64,000 bases of DNA from an uncultured Actinomycetes bacterium (GTDB lineage Bacteria; Actinomycetota; Thermoleophilia; UBA2241). Of this stretch, positions 42,261 to 54,415 are shown in pieces. Below the pieces are notes generated by a model. That model was given only the letters and a program-made list of their open reading frames with translations. It was not told the origin of the DNA and did not search any database. The translations under genes were made by a program, and so were the position numbers. The stretch spans positions 7,836 through 71,835 of the forward strand of contig CAVVVA010000003.1 of the NCBI GenBank assembly GCA_963751565.1, given 5' to 3'. How positions within the stretch are numbered: position 1 is the stretch's first letter; each line of letters begins with the position of its first letter.

Positions 42261-43193
42261 ATGATCAAACTGTTCTACGTCACCGACATCCACGGCTCGA
42301 ACGTCTGCTACCGCAAGTTCTTGAACGCCCTGCCGATCTACGGCGTCGATGTCGCCGTCTTGAACGGCGACCTGCTCGGCAAGGTGCTGATCCCCATGGT
42401 CGAAAAGCCCGGCGGCGGCTGGGAGTGCCACCTCATGGGCATGTACACCGAGATGAACACCGAAGCCGAGCTCGCCGACGTCAAGAAGATCATCGAGAAC
42501 GCGGGCTACTACTGGGTGCACCAGACGCGCGAGGAGTTCGACGCCACCAAGGCCGATCCCAAGGAGATCGACAAGCTCTTCAAGCACGCCGCCTACATGC
42601 GCATCCAGGAGTGGCTCGAGCTCGCCGACGAACGTCTCGAGGGCAAGAGCCACGAGATGTACATCTGCCCGGGCAACGACGACTGGTGGGAGGTCGACGA
42701 CATGATCTCCTGCATGAAGGTCATCAAGCCCTGCGACAACCTGGTCGTCGACATCGACGGACACGAGATGGTGTCGTGCTCGCGCAGCAACCCGACGCCG
42801 TGGGACACGCCCCGTGAGGAGTCCGAGGAAGAGCTCTCCGTCCATCTCGACGAGCTCGTCAAGCGCGTCACCAACTACGAGAGCGCGATCTTCAACTTCC
42901 ACGTGCCGCCCTACGGCTACTCGCTCGACCTGTGCCCGAAGCTCGACGAGAACATGAAGATGGCCGCCGAAGAGAAGATCCACGCCGGCAGCCAGGGCGC
43001 CAAGATGGTCATCGAGAAGTACCAGCCGCTGCTGGGCCTCCACGGCCACATCCACGAGTCGCGCGGCGCCCAGAAGGCCGGCCGCACGCTCATGATCAAC
43101 CCGGGCAGCGAGTACTCCGAGGGCATCCTCAAGGGCGTCATCATCATGCTCGACAAGAAGAAGGTGAAGGACTACGTATTCACCCAGGGTTGA
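42261..43193 (+). CDS. Calcineurin-like metallophosphoesterase
   Basis: DIHG, GD, PGNDD, H.PPY, HGHIHE, NPGS motifs. Confidence 0.92.
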   Translation: MIKLFYVTDIHGSNVCYRKFLNALPIYGVDVAVLNGDLLGKVLIPMVEKPGGGWECHLMGMYTEMNTEAELADVKKIIENAGYYWVHQTREEFDATKADPKEIDKLFKHAAYMRIQEWLELADERLEGKSHEMYICPGNDDWWEVDDMISCMKVIKPCDNLVVDIDGHEMVSCSRSNPTPWDTPREESEEELSVHLDELVKRVTNYESAIFNFHVPPYGYSLDLCPKLDENMKMAAEEKIHAGSQGAKMVIEKYQPLLGLHGHIHESRGAQKAGRTLMINPGSEYSEGILKGVIIMLDKKKVKDYVFTQG

Positions 43194-43251
43194 TCTCCGG
43201 GGCACACCGCCGGAGTCTTGTGTCGTGGTCCAAAGGAGGCGATAGCAGGCG

Positions 43252-44064
43252 ATGAGCACCAAGCCCTTCATCTTGCCGAAGGACATCCCGCTCGACCGGT
43301 ACCCCAAGCCCGAGGCGTTTCTGGCCGAGGGCAAAAGGATCGTCGACGCCGCACGCCAGGTCGACATCGCCATGCGGGTCATGGGCCCGCTCGCGCTGCA
43401 CTACTACTTCCCCGAGCAGATCGAGCTCTACGCCAGGCTCGAGCGCCTGGGCGACCGCTACTTCACCGACATCGACTGCGCCGCCTACGGCAAGACCAGC
43501 GGCAAGATGCCCAAGTTCATGGAGACGCTCGGGTATGAGTGCGACCTGCAGACGATGATGTCGTCGGGCAAGACCCGCCACATCTACTACGGCGGTCCCG
43601 TCCCCATGATCGACGTCTTCTTCGACAAGCTCGACTACTGTCACGAGGTGAGCTACAAGGACCGTCTCGAGCTCGATCCCTACAGCGTCTCGCTCTCCGA
43701 CATCATGCTGCAGAAGCTGCAGATCTGGGAGATCAACGACAAGGACCTGAAAGACATCGAGTACCTGCTCACGACCGCCGAGATCGGCGACGACGATACG
43801 CAGAAGATCAATCAGACCTACATCGCGCGGCGCTTCGCCGACGACTGGGGCTTCTGGTACACGGCCACCACCAACTTCGGCCGGGTCAAGGAGCACGTCG
43901 ACAACGTGGCCGCCTTCACCGACGAGCAGCGGCAGCACATCAAGGACCGCTGCGACCAGTTCCTGGCGCGCATCGAGGCCGAACCCAAGACCAAGGCCTG
44001 GAACAAGCGCGCCAAGAAGGGCACAAGCAAGCTCTGGTACAACACGGGCTTCTCGGACTGGTGA
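43252..44064 (+). CDS. Conserved hypothetical protein with a nucleotidyltransferase-like signature
   Basis: hG-x-x-A (VMGPLAL), TDID, IDVF, KLQI...N.KD..D. AAAGGAGG upstream. Confidence 0.75.
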   Translation: MSTKPFILPKDIPLDRYPKPEAFLAEGKRIVDAARQVDIAMRVMGPLALHYYFPEQIELYARLERLGDRYFTDIDCAAYGKTSGKMPKFMETLGYECDLQTMMSSGKTRHIYYGGPVPMIDVFFDKLDYCHEVSYKDRLELDPYSVSLSDIMLQKLQIWEINDKDLKDIEYLLTTAEIGDDDTQKINQTYIARRFADDWGFWYTATTNFGRVKEHVDNVAAFTDEQRQHIKDRCDQFLARIEAEPKTKAWNKRAKKGTSKLWYNTGFSDW

Positions 44065-44070
44065 GCCACG

Positions 44071-44155
44071 CGGGGCGCCGCGGCCGGCAGGCCGCGGCGC
44101 CCCGCGTCGGGGGCGGGCGGCTGCCGTACGGCAGCCGCCCGCCCCCTTCTGTTCT
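44071..44155. terminator. Two strong hairpins between convergent genes
   Basis: GGGGCGCCGCGGCC..GGCCGCGGCGCCCC and GGGGGCGGGCGGCTGCC-GTAC-GGCAGCCGCCCGCCCCC followed by TTCTGTT. Confidence 0.7.
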
Positions 44156-44170
44156 GGCTTTGGGAGCGCC

Positions 44171-45563
44171 TCAGTGGGCGACGAGCGCGCCGCCGCTCAC
44201 CTTGTCGCGCACGTCCGACAGGACGGGCTCGAGCCGGTCGAGCACCTCGTCCAACTGCTCCCGCGAGATCACCGCCGGCGGCTCGAGGCGCAGCGTCTTG
44301 GCGTTGTTCAAGCGTGCCGCCGACGAGCACGCCCCTGCCGAACAGGCCCGTCGACACCGCGTAGCCGATCTCGGGGCTCTTGAACTCCATGCCGATCAGC
44401 AGACCGAGGCCGCGGACCTCGTCGAACAGGTCGGGGTACTGGGCGGCGAGCACCTCGACCTCGGCCTTGAGGTAGGCGCCCTTCTCGGCCGCCTGTCCGG
44501 GGATGTCTTCTTCGAGGGTGGCGTGCAGGGCGCCGATCGCGGCCGCCGTGGCCAGGGGGTTGCCGCCGAAGGTCGTGGTGTGCAGATAGGGGTTGGCGAA
44601 CATGGCGTGGAAGACGTGTTCGGTCACCACGATGTTGCCGCAGGGGATCACCGCGCCGCCGAAGGCCTTGCCCATGGTCATGATGTCGGGCGCGACGTCC
44701 CAGTTGTCGACGCCCCAAAGCTTGCCGGTGCGCCCCATGCCGGTCTGCACCTCGTCGGCGATGAAGACGACGTCCCACTCGGTGCAGATCTCGCGCACCC
44801 GGGGCAGGTAGTCGTCGGGCGGCACGATGGCGCCCGCCTCGCCCTGCACGGGCTCGCAGATGAAGGCGGCGATGTCGAAGCCGATCATGTCGCACACCCT
44901 CAGCTCCTGCTCGAGGGCGTCGGCGTCGCCGTAGGGCACGAAGCGCGAACCGGGCATGAGCGGCTGGAAGGGCACGCGGAACTCGCGCTTGCCGCTCACG
45001 CTCAGGCTGCCCATCGACTTGCCGTGGAAGGCGCGGGTGGTGGAGATCACGCCCAGCATGTGGTCGGGCTTCTTCTCGTAGGCGTAGACCTTGGCGAACT
45101 TGAGCGCTCCCTCGGTGGCCTCGGTGCCCGAGTTGACGAGGAACGAGTACTGCAGGTCGCCGGGGGTGACCATGGCGACCAGCTCGCAGAGATAGCCGCG
45201 CATGGGGTCGAGCAGCTCCTGGGAGTGCAGCGCCTGATGCTGGATCTGGGCGAGCACGGCCTTCATGACCGTCGGGTGGCGGTGGCCGAGCATGTAGATG
45301 CCGAAGCCGCCCAGGCAGTCGATGAACTCGCGGCCGCGGATGTCCTTGAAGGTCGCGCCGCCGTCACTCCACTCGACGGCCGTGTAGTCGGTCGAGACCG
45401 ACTTGCGGTACTCGAGAATGCCGGGGTTGACGTAGCGGCCGAAGTTCTCGACGCAGTCGGCGATGACCGCGTCCTGCTCCTCGCGGCTGAGCTCGTTCTT
45501 CTGCATGAGCTCGAGGGCCTTGCGCGATTCGTGCAGGACACGCTCGCGCAGCTGATCGTCCAT
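44171..45563 (-). CDS. patA: Putrescine/cadaverine aminotransferase (class III PLP), frameshift near 44311
   Basis: YVNPGILEYRKSV, IDCLGGFG, SQELLDP, EPVQGEAG, DEVQTGMGRTG, HTTTFGGNP; C-terminal NNAKTLRLEPP after a 1-nt shift. Confidence 0.9.
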
Positions 45564-45736
45564 CCTCTCTCTCCTATGCAGCGTGGTTCTGACCAGTGCC
45601 GGCCTGTAGCACTGCGGCCTGAGAGCGAGGGAACGAACCACTCTCCCGGCCTGGTCACGCGGGAGTGGGTCACGCTCTGACGGCCTGCTGGCGCGACCCC
45701 GCCGCGATGCGAAGGGAGAGGTCTCCCTTCAGCATC

Positions 45737-45765
45737 ACTCTACCGGGCGGCCCGGCCGGTGCCAA
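45737..45765 (-). promoter_or_regulatory. Housekeeping sigma promoter for patA
   Basis: Minus strand TTGGCA-N17-TAGAGT, implying a 5' leader of about 170 nt. Confidence 0.7.
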
Positions 45766-45923
45766 GCGTCGCGAGCCGGCGGTCGCTACGAGAGTCCTAC
45801 TATGTGTTTACAGCCGCGGCTCGTGGTGGTGTAGGTTTTCGGCGTCGTAGAACGGTCGCCGGCCATCGGCGACCCCGGGGGGTGCCGCACGGCATACCGC
45901 GGCAGGTAGCAGGAGGGAACGCG

Positions 45924-46127
45924 TTGGCCCGAGGAACAGTCAAGTGGTTCAGCAATGAGAAGGGGTACGGCTTCATCGAGCGCGAAGAGGGTGAAGACCT
46001 GTTCGTCCACTTCTCGGAGATCCAGGTCGACGGCTACAAGACCCTGAACCAGGGTCAGGCCGTCGAGTTTGAGATCGCCCAGAGCGACAAGGGCCTGCAG
46101 GCCTCCAAGGTCGTGCCCGTCGGCTAG
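45924..46127 (+). CDS. cspA: Cold-shock protein
   Basis: GTVKWF..EKGYGFI, DLFVHFS, GYKTL..GQ.VEF. AGGAGG before TTG. Confidence 0.95.
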   Translation: MARGTVKWFSNEKGYGFIEREEGEDLFVHFSEIQVDGYKTLNQGQAVEFEIAQSDKGLQASKVVPVG

Positions 46128-46157
46128 TTCCCACGCCGCGCCGATCTACGCCGCTCC

Positions 46158-46199
46158 GCGGCCCCGCCGGCATCGTGCCGGCGGGGCCGCTCTTTTGTT
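46158..46199 (+). terminator. Intrinsic terminator after the cold-shock gene
   Basis: 15-bp stem GCGGCCCCGCCGGCA/TGCCGGCGGGGCCGC followed by TCTTTTGTT. Confidence 0.85.
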
Positions 46200-46368
46200 C
46201 CGCCCGACCGGCGGCCTCGCCCGACCGGCAGCCTCGCCCGGCCGGCGGCCGCTCCCGGCGGGGCGTCGCAAGGGCGCCGCCCACCACCGCCCGGCCGGCC
46301 TCCCGCGCACCGTTGCTGTGGTAGGATTGCAGGCCCGCGCGAGCGGGGTGTGTGAGGAGGACCCGCTG

Positions 46369-46649
46369 ATGATCAACGGAGACGATGTCCGTCACGTCGC
46401 GCGCCTGGCGCGGCTGCGCCTCGAGACCGCCGAAGCCGAGCGCATGACCGCCGAGCTCGCCAAGATCCTCGACCACATCGACAAGATCGGCGAGCTCGAT
46501 CTGGCCGCCGTCGAACCAACCGCTCACGTGCTCGCGGTCACCGACGTGGTGCGCCCCGACAAGCCGCGGCCCAGCCTGCCGCGTGACGAGGCGCTGCGCA
46601 ACGCGCCGGCGGTCGCCGACGACTGCTTCCGCGTGCCCAGGATGCAGTC

Positions 46650-46653
<4 letters not shown>
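46369..46653 (+). CDS. gatC: Asp/Glu-tRNA amidotransferase subunit C
   Basis: [31 protein letters not shown] upstream. Confidence 0.95.
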
Positions 46654-48175
<1,522 letters not shown>

Positions 48176-48179
<4 letters not shown>

Positions 48180-49630
48180 GCGCCTGGGAACCCGTCATCG
48201 GGCTCGAGGTGCACGTCGAGCTCGACACCGAGACCAAGATGTTCTGCGCCTGCGCGGTGACCAAGGGCGACCCGCCCAACACCCACACCTGCCCGGTCTG
48301 CCTGGCTCATCCCGGCGCGCTGCCTGTGGTGAACGAACGCGCCGTCGAGTACGCCGCGCGCATCGCGCTGGCCCTGGGCTGCACCGTGCGGCCGCGCAGC
48401 GTCTTTCACCGCAAGAACTACTTCTATCCCGACTCGCCCAAGGCCTACCAGATCAGCCAGTACGACGAGCCGCTGGCCGTCGCCGGCTCGTTCGACTACT
48501 GGGTCGGCGACCAGAAGCTGTCGTGCCGCATCAACCGCGTGCACATCGAAGAAGACGCGGCCAAGCTGATCCACGCCGGCGGCGAGGCCGGGCGGATCGC
48601 CGGCTCCGAGTACTCGATGGTCGACTTCAACCGCGGCGGCACGCCGCTGATCGAGATCGTCGGCGAGCCCGACATTCCCTCGCCCGAAGCGGCCCGCGAG
48701 TTCCTTCAGCAGCTGCGCAGCCTGGTGCTCGGCCTGGGCGTGAGCGCCTGCAACATGGAGGAGGGCCAGATCCGCTGGGACGCCAACATCAGCGTCCGGC
48801 CAGCCGGCAGCGAGCTCCTGGGCACGCGCACCGAGCTGAAGAACATGAACAGCTTCCGGTTCCTGCAGCAGGCCCTGGAGTCGGAGCTGCCGCGCCAGAT
48901 CGCCGTTCTCGAGGCGGGCGGCACGATCGAGCAGGAGACGCTGCATTTCGACCCCGAGACCGGCGTAACGACGCCGCTGCGCTCCAAGGAAGAGGCCCAC
49001 GACTACCGCTACTTCCCCGAGCCCGACCTCGTGCCGCTGACCACCAGCGAGGCCTGGGTCGACGAGGTGCGGCGCACGCTGCCCGAGCTGCCGGCGGCCC
49101 GCGTCGAGCGCTTCATGGCCCGGTACGGGCTGTCGCGCTACGACGCCACGGTGCTCGGCGGCGGAGCCGGCATGGCGCGCTTCTACGAGGAGCTCGCCGC
49201 CGAGGGCATCGACGCCAAGCTGGCCGCCAACTGGGCGATGGGCGAGTACTCGGCCCACCTGAACGCGGCCGGGCTCGAGCCCGGCCACGGCCACGTGACC
49301 GCGCCGCGCCTGGCCGCGCTGCTGCGCCTCGTGGCCGCCGGCGAGGTGTCGGGCACGGCGGCCAAGCAGGTGTTCGCGCTCATGGTCGAGGAACGCGGCG
49401 AACCGCTCGACATCGTCCGCCGGCACGATCTCGGCCAGGTCTCCGACTCGAGCGAGCTCGCCGCCGTCGTCGCGGCGGTGCTGGCCGCGCATCCGGCTCA
49501 GGTCGAGCAGTTCCGGGCCGGCAAGGAACAGCTCGCCGGCTTCTTCGTCGGCCAGGTCATGAAGGCCACGCAGGGCAAGGCGAACCCCCAGCTCGTGAGC
49601 GAGCTCGTGAGGGCGGCGCTATGCGGGTGA
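48176..49630 (+). CDS. gatB: Asp/Glu-tRNA amidotransferase subunit B
   Basis: [65 protein letters not shown]. Confidence 0.97.
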
Positions 49631-49798
49631 CGGTGTTTGCCAGACGTGACCGCCCTGTGGAACAATGATGCAGACTTCTGCTCACGCGCACGGTGCAAGC
49701 GTGCGTGGAGCGGCTTGTCGCATTCCCACCGCTTGCATATTGGTGCGGTCCCGGTGACGGCGCCGGGGCCCGTCACACGGTGATCCGGGAGTACGGGC

Positions 49799-51043
49799 AT
49801 GGCTGACTTCAAACCGGCTGACCTCTCGAGCTTCGTCATCGTCGAAGAAGCGCCCGCCGAAGGCCCCCCGGTGCGCATCGACGACACCACGCTGCGCGAC
49901 GGCGAGCAGACGGCCGGCGTGGTCTTCTCCAACCACGAGAAGATCCGCATCGCCAAGCTGCTGAACGAGGTCGGCGTGCACCAGATCGAAGTCGGCATCC
50001 CCGCCATGCTCGGCGACGAGAAGCAGGTCATCGCGCAGATCGTCGAGCTCGGCCTCAAGCCCTCGATCCTCGCCTGGAACCGGGCGGTCGTCGCCGACAT
50101 CCAGCACTCCCTCGACTGCGGCGTCGACGCCGTCGCGATCTCCATGTCGGCGAGCGACATCCACATCGAGCACAAGCTGGCCAAGTCGCGCCAGTGGGTG
50201 CTCGACCAGATCCGCGCCTGCGTGGCCTTTGCCAAGGAGCACGGCAAGTACGTCTCGGTCAACGCCGAGGACGCCTCGCGCGCCGACCTCGAGTTCCTGC
50301 TGCGCTTCGGCCAGGCGGCCAAGGACGAAGGCGCCGACCGCCTGCGCTTCTGCGACACGCTGGGCATCCTCGACCCGTTCGACACCTACAACGTGATCAG
50401 CTTCCTGGCGCGCCAGGGTCTCGAGATCGAGATGCACACGCACGACGACTTCGGCATGGCCACGGCCAACGCGCTGGCCGGCATCAAGGCGGGCGCGACC
50501 TACGTCAACACCACAGTCAACGGACTCGGCGAGCGGGCCGGCAACGCGGCCCTCGAAGAGGTCGTCATGGCTCTCAAGTTCATCGGCCACGTCGAGCTCG
50601 GCCTGCACACCTCGCGCTTTCGCGAGCTGTGCGAGTACGTGGCCGCCGCCTCGGCGCGCACCATCCCCGCCTGGAAGAGCATCGTCGGCACCAACGTCTT
50701 CGCCCACGAGTCCGGCATCCACGCCGACGGCGTCATCAAGAACCCGCTCAACTACGAGGCCTACGCGCCCGAGGACGTCGGCCTCGAACGGCAGATCGTG
50801 GTCGGCAAGCACTCGGGATCGCGCACGATCTACCGCAAGTTCCAGGAGTTCGGCATCGAGCTCTCCGACCGCGACGCCGACGAGATCCTGAAGATGGTGC
50901 GCCAGACGGCGGTCGAGCTCAAGCGGGCCCTGTTTTCCAAGGAGATCATGTACATCTACCAGGACTACATCGCGCGGCTCGGCGACGAGCTGCCCCTGCC
51001 GAGCGCCGCCGCGGCCCCGGCTGCGCCGGGCCGCGGGGCCTGA
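49799..51043 (+). CDS. nifV: NifV-like homocitrate synthase / Re-citrate synthase family (DRE-TIM)
   Basis: DTTLRDGEQTAGV, H.HDDFGMATAN, GLGERAGNA, FAHESGIH.DG, GKHSG; no LeuA regulatory domain. Confidence 0.8.
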   Translation: MADFKPADLSSFVIVEEAPAEGPPVRIDDTTLRDGEQTAGVVFSNHEKIRIAKLLNEVGVHQIEVGIPAMLGDEKQVIAQIVELGLKPSILAWNRAVVADIQHSLDCGVDAVAISMSASDIHIEHKLAKSRQWVLDQIRACVAFAKEHGKYVSVNAEDASRADLEFLLRFGQAAKDEGADRLRFCDTLGILDPFDTYNVISFLARQGLEIEMHTHDDFGMATANALAGIKAGATYVNTTVNGLGERAGNAALEEVVMALKFIGHVELGLHTSRFRELCEYVAAASARTIPAWKSIVGTNVFAHESGIHADGVIKNPLNYEAYAPEDVGLERQIVVGKHSGSRTIYRKFQEFGIELSDRDADEILKMVRQTAVELKRALFSKEIMYIYQDYIARLGDELPLPSAAAAPAAPGRGA

Positions 51044-51045
51044 CC

Positions 51046-52338
51046 GTGCCCGCCACCATCGCCGAGAAGATCATCGCCGCCCACGCGGGCGTCGAGTCGG
51101 TGGCGGCCGGGCAGATCGTGGTCGCGCTGGTCGACGTCGCCATCGCCCAGGACGGCACCGGACCGCTGGCCATCCAGCAGCTGCGCGACCTCGGGCAGGT
51201 GCGCGTCAAGGTGCCGACCGCGGTGTTCTTCATCGACCACGCGGCGCCGTCGCCGCGCGTCGAGCTCTCCAACGCCCATCAGCTCGTGCGCCGCTTCTGC
51301 GACGAGACGGGAGCGACGCTCTCCGACGTCGAGATGGGCGTCTGCCACCAGCGCGTGGCCGAATCGTACGCCAGACCGGGCGACCTCGTGATCGGCGCCG
51401 ACTCGCACACCTGCACCGCCGGCGCCCTGGCCGCCTTCGCCACCGGCATGGGCTCGACCGACGTCGCCATCGGCATGGCGACGGGGCAGACCTGGCTGCG
51501 CGTGCCCGCGACGCTGCGCATCGAGGTCGGCGGACGGTTTCCCGACGGCGTCACCGCCAAAGACCTCATCCTCACGATCATCGGCCGGCTCGGCGCCGAC
51601 GGCGCCACCTACGAGGCGCTCGAGTTCGGCGGTCCGGCCGTCGAGGCGCTGCCCATGCCCGAGCGGCTCACGCTGACCAACATGGCCGTCGAAGCGGGCG
51701 CCAAGGCCGGCCTCGTGGCAAGCGACGAGGTCACCAGGTCGTTCCTGGCCGCGCAGGGCCGCGAAGCCGACTACCGCACGGTGGCGCCCGACCCCGGCGC
51801 CGCCTACGAGCGCTCGCTGTCGTACATCGCCGACGAGCTCGTGCCGGTCGTCGCGGCGCCGCACACGGTCGACAACGTGCACCCGGCCGCGGAGCTCGCC
51901 GGCACGAAGGTCGATCAGGTCCTGATCGGCACCTGCACCAACGGCCGCCTCGACGACCTGCGCGCCGCGGCCCGGCTGCTGCGCGGCCGCCGCCGCGCGG
52001 CGCGCACCCGCCTGATCGTCACGCCGGCCTCGCGGGCCGTGTGGCGGGCCGCCGCCGACGAAGGGCTGCTGCAGGACTTCGTCGACGCGGGCGCCGTGGT
52101 CACCAATCCCGGCTGCGGCGCCTGTGTGGGGGTTCACCAGGGCATCCTCGCCGACGGCGAGGTCTGCGTGAGCACCGCCAACCGCAACTTCAAGGGCCGC
52201 ATGGGCAACGCCCAGGCCGCCATCTACCTCGCTTCGCCGCTCACGGCCGCCGCGGCGGCCGTCGCCGGCGAGATCGTCGACCCGCGCGAGCTGCTCGTCC
52301 CGGGCGAGCCGCCCACGGAAGGAGAGCAGCATGGCTAA
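51046..52338 (+). CDS. leuC: Isopropylmalate/homoaconitate dehydratase large subunit (LeuC/HacA type)
   Basis: [46 protein letters not shown]. Confidence 0.85.
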   Translation: MPATIAEKIIAAHAGVESVAAGQIVVALVDVAIAQDGTGPLAIQQLRDLGQVRVKVPTAVFFIDHAAPSPRVELSNAHQLVRRFCDETGATLSDVEMGVCHQRVAESYARPGDLVIGADSHTCTAGALAAFATGMGSTDVAIGMATGQTWLRVPATLRIEVGGRFPDGVTAKDLILTIIGRLGADGATYEALEFGGPAVEALPMPERLTLTNMAVEAGAKAGLVASDEVTRSFLAAQGREADYRTVAPDPGAAYERSLSYIADELVPVVAAPHTVDNVHPAAELAGTKVDQVLIGTCTNGRLDDLRAAARLLRGRRRAARTRLIVTPASRAVWRAAADEGLLQDFVDAGAVVTNPGCGACVGVHQGILADGEVCVSTANRNFKGRMGNAQAAIYLASPLTAAAAAVAGEIVDPRELLVPGEPPTEGEQHG

Positions 52339-52846
52339 GCAGTACGACGCAGCGCCGCCGATGGTCATCGACCCGGCCAAGCGCTATGCCGCCACCATCT
52401 CGACCGGGCGCGGCGACATCGTCGTCGAGCTCTACGCCGACAAGGTGCCGGTCACGGTCAACAACTTCGTCGTGCTGGCCCGCGACGGCTACTACGACGG
52501 CGTCACGTTCCACCGCGTCATCGCGAACTTCATGGCCCAGACCGGCGACCCGACGGGTACCGGCCGCGGCGGCCCCGGCTACCGGTTCGCCGACGAGTTC
52601 GACCCGAGCCTGCGTCACGACGGCCCGGGCGTGCTCTCCATGGCCAACGCCGGGCCCGACACCAACGGTTCGCAGTTCTTCATCACCCACCGGGCCACGC
52701 CGCATCTCGACGGCAAGCACGCGGTGTTCGGCCGCGTCACCTCCGGCATGGACGTCGTCTTCTCGATCCCCGAGCGCGACCCCACGAGCGCCCGCGAGCC
52801 GGGCGTCGCGATGACCAGCGTGACCATCACCGAAAGCGACGCCTGA
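52331..52846 (+). CDS. Cyclophilin-type peptidyl-prolyl isomerase
   Basis: [54 protein letters not shown]. Confidence 0.95.
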   Translation: MAKQYDAAPPMVIDPAKRYAATISTGRGDIVVELYADKVPVTVNNFVVLARDGYYDGVTFHRVIANFMAQTGDPTGTGRGGPGYRFADEFDPSLRHDGPGVLSMANAGPDTNGSQFFITHRATPHLDGKHAVFGRVTSGMDVVFSIPERDPTSAREPGVAMTSVTITESDA

Positions 52847-52849
52847 CCG

Positions 52850-53380
52850 ATGCCCGTTCCCGGCGGCACAAGCGGTGTCCTGCGCGGGCGCGCCTGGACG
52901 TTCGGGAACGACATCTCGACCGACCAGATCGCCCCGGGCCGGCTGTTCCACCTGCGCACCGACCTGCCCGAGCTGGCCAAGCACGTCCTCGAAGACGAGA
53001 ACCCCGAGTTCGCCAAGCGCCTCAAGCCCGGCGACTTCGTGGTCGGCGGACGCAACTTCGGCCTCGGCTCGAGCCGCGAGCACGCGCCGCGCATCCTGAG
53101 GATCGCCGGCGCCGGCGCCGTGCTGGCCCAGTCGTTCGCGCGCATCTTCTTTCGCAACGCGATCAACGTGGGTCTGCCGGCGCTGACCTGCGACACCAGC
53201 GCCATCGAGCAGTGGGACGACCTCGAGGTCGATCTCGGCTCAGGCGAGGTGCGCGACCTGACCAGGGGCACCGTGGTGCCGTTCGCGCCGCTGCCGCCCG
53301 TGATGCTCAAGATCCTGTCCGACGGCGGCCTCGTCGAGCACTTTCGCAAGTACGGCGAGTTCCATCTGCCCGAGGGCTGA
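52850..53380 (+). CDS. leuD: Isopropylmalate/homoaconitate dehydratase small subunit (LeuD/HacB type)
   Basis: FGNDISTD.I.P, NFGLGSSREHA, SFARIFFRNAINVGLP. Confidence 0.85.
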   Translation: MPVPGGTSGVLRGRAWTFGNDISTDQIAPGRLFHLRTDLPELAKHVLEDENPEFAKRLKPGDFVVGGRNFGLGSSREHAPRILRIAGAGAVLAQSFARIFFRNAINVGLPALTCDTSAIEQWDDLEVDLGSGEVRDLTRGTVVPFAPLPPVMLKILSDGGLVEHFRKYGEFHLPEG

Positions 53381-53383
53381 CCT

Positions 53384-54382
53384 GTGACCTACCGCGTAAC
53401 GCTCATCCCCGGCGACGGCACAGGTCCCGAACTGACCGCCGCCCTCGAGACGGTGATCGCCGCCAGTGGCGTGCCGATCGCCTGGGAGCGCCACGACGCC
53501 GGCGCCGCGGTGATGGAGCGCCGCGGCACGCCGCTGCCCGACGAGGTCATCGCCTCGGTCAAGGCGACGAAGGTGGCCATGAAGGGGCCGGTCACGACGC
53601 CGGTGGGCGCGGGCTTTCGCTCCGTCAACGTGGCGCTGCGCAAGGCGCTCGACCTCTACGCCTGCGTGCGGCCGGCGAAGTCGCTCACCGGGGTGCCCAG
53701 CCGCTACACGGGCATCGATCTCGTGGTCGTGCGCGAGAACACCGAAGACCTGTACGCCGGCATCGAGCACCAGGTCACCCCCGACGCCGCCGAGTCCATC
53801 AAGATCATCACCAGGCGCGCCAGCGAGCGCATCGTGCGCTACGCCTTCGAGTACGCCCGCGCTCACGGCCGCCACAAGGTCACGGCCGTGCACAAGGCCA
53901 ACATCATGAAGCTCACCGACGGCCTGTTCCTGCGCACCGCGCGCGAGGTCGCCGAGTCCTACCCCGACATCGACTTCGAGGATCGCATCGTCGACAACCT
54001 GTGCCTGCAGCTCGTGCAGACGCCCGAGCTCTACGACGTGCTCGTTCTGCCCAACCTCTACGGCGACATCGTGAGCGACCTCTGCGCCGGTCTGATCGGC
54101 GGCCCCGGCGTCGCGCCGGGGGCGAACGTCGGCGCCGACGCCGCCGTGTTCGAGGCCGTGCACGGCAGCGGTTCCGACATCGCGGGGCGCGACATCGTCA
54201 ATCCCACCGCCTTCCTGCTGTCGGGCGTGCTCATGCTCGAGCACCTGGGCGAGGGCGCCGCGGCCGGGCGCGTCTACAACGCCGTGGCCGCGGTGATCGC
54301 CGACCGCCGGCAGGTGACCCGCGACCTGGGCGGCACGGCCGGCACGCAGGAGTTCGCCCGGGCGGTGGCCGCCCGGCTGTAG
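53384..54382 (+). CDS. Isocitrate/homoisocitrate/isopropylmalate dehydrogenase family protein
   Basis: [54 protein letters not shown] (Asp suggests NAD use). Confidence 0.92.
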   Translation: MTYRVTLIPGDGTGPELTAALETVIAASGVPIAWERHDAGAAVMERRGTPLPDEVIASVKATKVAMKGPVTTPVGAGFRSVNVALRKALDLYACVRPAKSLTGVPSRYTGIDLVVVRENTEDLYAGIEHQVTPDAAESIKIITRRASERIVRYAFEYARAHGRHKVTAVHKANIMKLTDGLFLRTAREVAESYPDIDFEDRIVDNLCLQLVQTPELYDVLVLPNLYGDIVSDLCAGLIGGPGVAPGANVGADAAVFEAVHGSGSDIAGRDIVNPTAFLLSGVLMLEHLGEGAAAGRVYNAVAAVIADRRQVTRDLGGTAGTQEFARAVAARL

Positions 54383-54415
54383 CGTAGCCCACGCCACCTC
54401 GCAAAGGAGGCCCTT

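Noticed and set aside
10208-45563. radA, fchA, patA, larC and dusB as pseudogenes or programmed frameshifts
   Set aside because: Each has a single shift with intact motifs on both sides and no slippery heptamer, so sequencing or assembly error is the simpler explanation.
49799-51043. nifV as evidence for nitrogen fixation
   Set aside because: No nifHDK or other nif genes are present; the context is a 2-oxoacid elongation operon.
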